A DNA stretch of 63,320 bases, counting the filler, from Folioceros fuciformis (lineage: Eukaryota): assembly GCA_049999805.1 (NCBI GenBank). It is 8 parts of 8 records of this genome, joined end to end, with 100 filler letters (N's around TTAATTAATTAA, not from the genome) between each part and the next. Parts side by side here need not be neighbours in the genome. Positions count along the whole stretch, not along the records: positions 61,538 to 63,320 come from JBNGIO010003245.1; 7 more parts are not named here. One strand, given 5' to 3'. This document shows positions 61,438 through 63,320 of this stretch, one piece after another. How positions within the stretch are numbered: position 1 is the stretch's first letter; every line of letters starts with the position of its first letter. A program made the position numbers and the translations under genes. Under the pieces are notes generated by a model. That model made no database searches, had not been told where the DNA came from, and worked only from the letters and a program-made list of their open reading frames with translations.

Positions 61438-62029
61438 NNNNNNNNNNNNNNNNNNNNNNNNNNNNNNNNNNNNNNNNNNNNTTAATTAATTAANNNNNNN
61501 NNNNNNNNNNNNNNNNNNNNNNNNNNNNNNNNNNNNNTCTTCGATGAGATTTGGGGACTTCACTCCACTTTCCCGGCACCTCGTTAGTAGCTTTCGACCA
61601 TGTGAAACCTAGCAATTGCTTGTGCTTGGGGGAACTCAAGCCTCCAAATAGTACAGTGGTTGTGATTTCACTTGCCCCAGCACCATGACTCGTATCCACC
61701 AGGGTTTCCACATGCTGCATTGCTAGTCTCTCTCAGACCCAAGGAATGCCTTACTTGTTCACCAATGCTTGCACTAGTTGCTGGTTGTCCCTGTGCACAA
61801 CCACTGACTGCGGTTCGTGTTGACACGAACAATGATGTGTTTCGAATTCCACCAACAACATGGAAGAGACCCAACAGTAGACGAAAGGTATATTTCTCCG
61901 TCTTTTCCATTTTTTTTCACGTCAATACACATATCCTAGCATTAAAATCTAGTTGGTTTGCTTAAAAAGGAATTTCCTTTTGCACCTTTTTCGAGGATAA
62001 TGAATCAAAAGTTCAAAGGCTGAAAAGCA

Positions 62030-62617
62030 ATGGCTGTCACACGACAACAATATGCCAGAGGAATGCAACAATTACCTATGATGGAAGAGAATGAAATGGT
62101 TGAAGAGGGAGCGGAAGAAATAGACATTAACCGACGTCAGCGACGCATGTTTGCTAGGATGCTTGTTTGTTTTCAGCAAAAGGAGCGGCAACTAGTAGCA
62201 TTGTCACATGAAGGAGTCAGCATGGAGCAGCCATACCAAAATTCAACAGCTGTTTTTGCTCGACAATGGGTGAATGCAGCTTGCATCAGGATGTCTGATC
62301 TTGGTATGACTGTGAAGCAAGCACAACAATGGTTGACAAGGTGGCAAGGACACAGTGCACATGTTGTGATAAAAGAAGATGAGTGTGGAGGGTTGGAAGG
62401 AAAGCCAACTACGAGTCTAGCAGCTAGAAGAATAGCAAATGTAAATGTGGCATTGGTGGATAATCGTGCAAGGCATGTTGAGATAGAAGGGTTTGCACCA
62501 GCAAAAGTACTTATGGATATAGGTGCACAACGAGTGTTGATAGGAAGGGGGGTGGTGGAAGCCTTGCAGCTATATGGAGACAAGTTGAAACCATCAAGGT
62601 GGAACATAAGTTTGTAG
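62030..62617 (+). mobile_element. Fragment of a second Gypsy element of the same protease lineage
   Basis: VALVDNRARHVEIEGFAPAKVLMDIGAQRVLIG..L.L.G..L..S.WNI aligns with NAVVDNCGGHVTINGYAPKVVLLDMRAQPVLVG..LHLQGNALHTSPWNI at ~58290-58460. Confidence 0.75.
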
Positions 62618-63029
62618 TGCTCTGTGGAACTGTTTGATCAAAGATAGTGCTTTACTAATTGATAAAATTAATTACAAGAGGTGGGCTTTTATAGCATGTG
62701 TCTGAAGAGTTGTACCTCCTCAGTACTAGATACTAAAGGGTATGACCACGCTAGCTAAGTTACCCATAACCAACGCGGTTTGTACTTCTAACTCTCCCTC
62801 GCAAACTAGTTGGGTTATCTAAATCAAAGAACTAATAATCATTTGCCGCTATAGTATTGTATAAGTACTACGATCTTCAACTAAACTCAACTCACCGATT
62901 GTCACCGGCCGCAAGTAAGATTGAAGCAAGTGGTCTACTATAGCTTTCAACTTCAAGTAACTGAATGTTCTGTGATAAGATACGCCTCACCAAATGTGTG
63001 ACTGGTCTAGCTTCAAAAAGCTACTACAG

Positions 63030-63130
63030 TCAACCAATCCAAGCCTTTCTCTGTGGAAGCAGTGTTTAAACTTCGGCAGGGTTTTAGTTAGTATATCTGC
63101 TGTATTGTTGTCTGTGGGTACTGTGAACGA
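63030..63130 (-). mobile_element. Copia RNase H C-terminal fragment
   Basis: Minus-strand VPTDNNTADILTKTLPKFKHCFHRERLGL. Confidence 0.7.
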
Positions 63131-63320
63131 AAAAAACTTTCGGAACCCCCATTTTGAGCAACGGAATGAGCAGGTTGTAATCTTTTTTGTGAAGGGACAG
63201 GCGAATTGGCTTAGTAGGTAAATAAGACCAGGGTGTTTATGCCCAAAGCCCTCTTGGGCACCGGGGTTTGGGGTGTACTGGAGATCGGGACAAGGAGGGG
63301 GAATGAGCGAGTGCCTCCTT

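Noticed and set aside
61538-61965. Short ORFs after the last gap
   Set aside because: Probably a TE remnant, but no diagnostic motif.

Overview
Eukaryotic, TE-dense nuclear DNA from a land plant; the PLS-class PPR, STIG1, 4CL-like and phytocyanin genes and the TE spectrum suggest a seed-free plant such as a hornwort or other bryophyte (inference). Seven 100-nt scaffold gaps (N44-TTAATTAATTAA-N44) split the window, so adjacency across them is unproven. A gene island at ~18.7-37.2 kb holds STIG1, two tandem six-exon 4CL-like acyl-activating enzymes, a PLS-E PPR gene with a decayed duplicate, a tRNA-like element and a phytocyanin. It is surrounded by nested Ty1/Copia, Ty3/Gypsy, L1-type LINE, CRE-like RLE non-LTR and Mutator remnants. 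Highlights: (1) a Ty3/Gypsy polyprotein with a complete Dnmt3-like C5-cytosine methyltransferase in frame between protease and the pre-RT region (56.4-60.0 kb, minus); (2) a Gypsy family with ~4.76-kb LTRs that carry a long decayed ORF and an array of ~59-nt two-hairpin repeats with covarying stems separated by unique spacers; (3) an intact 4CL-like paralogue whose ATP-binding P-loop has been replaced.
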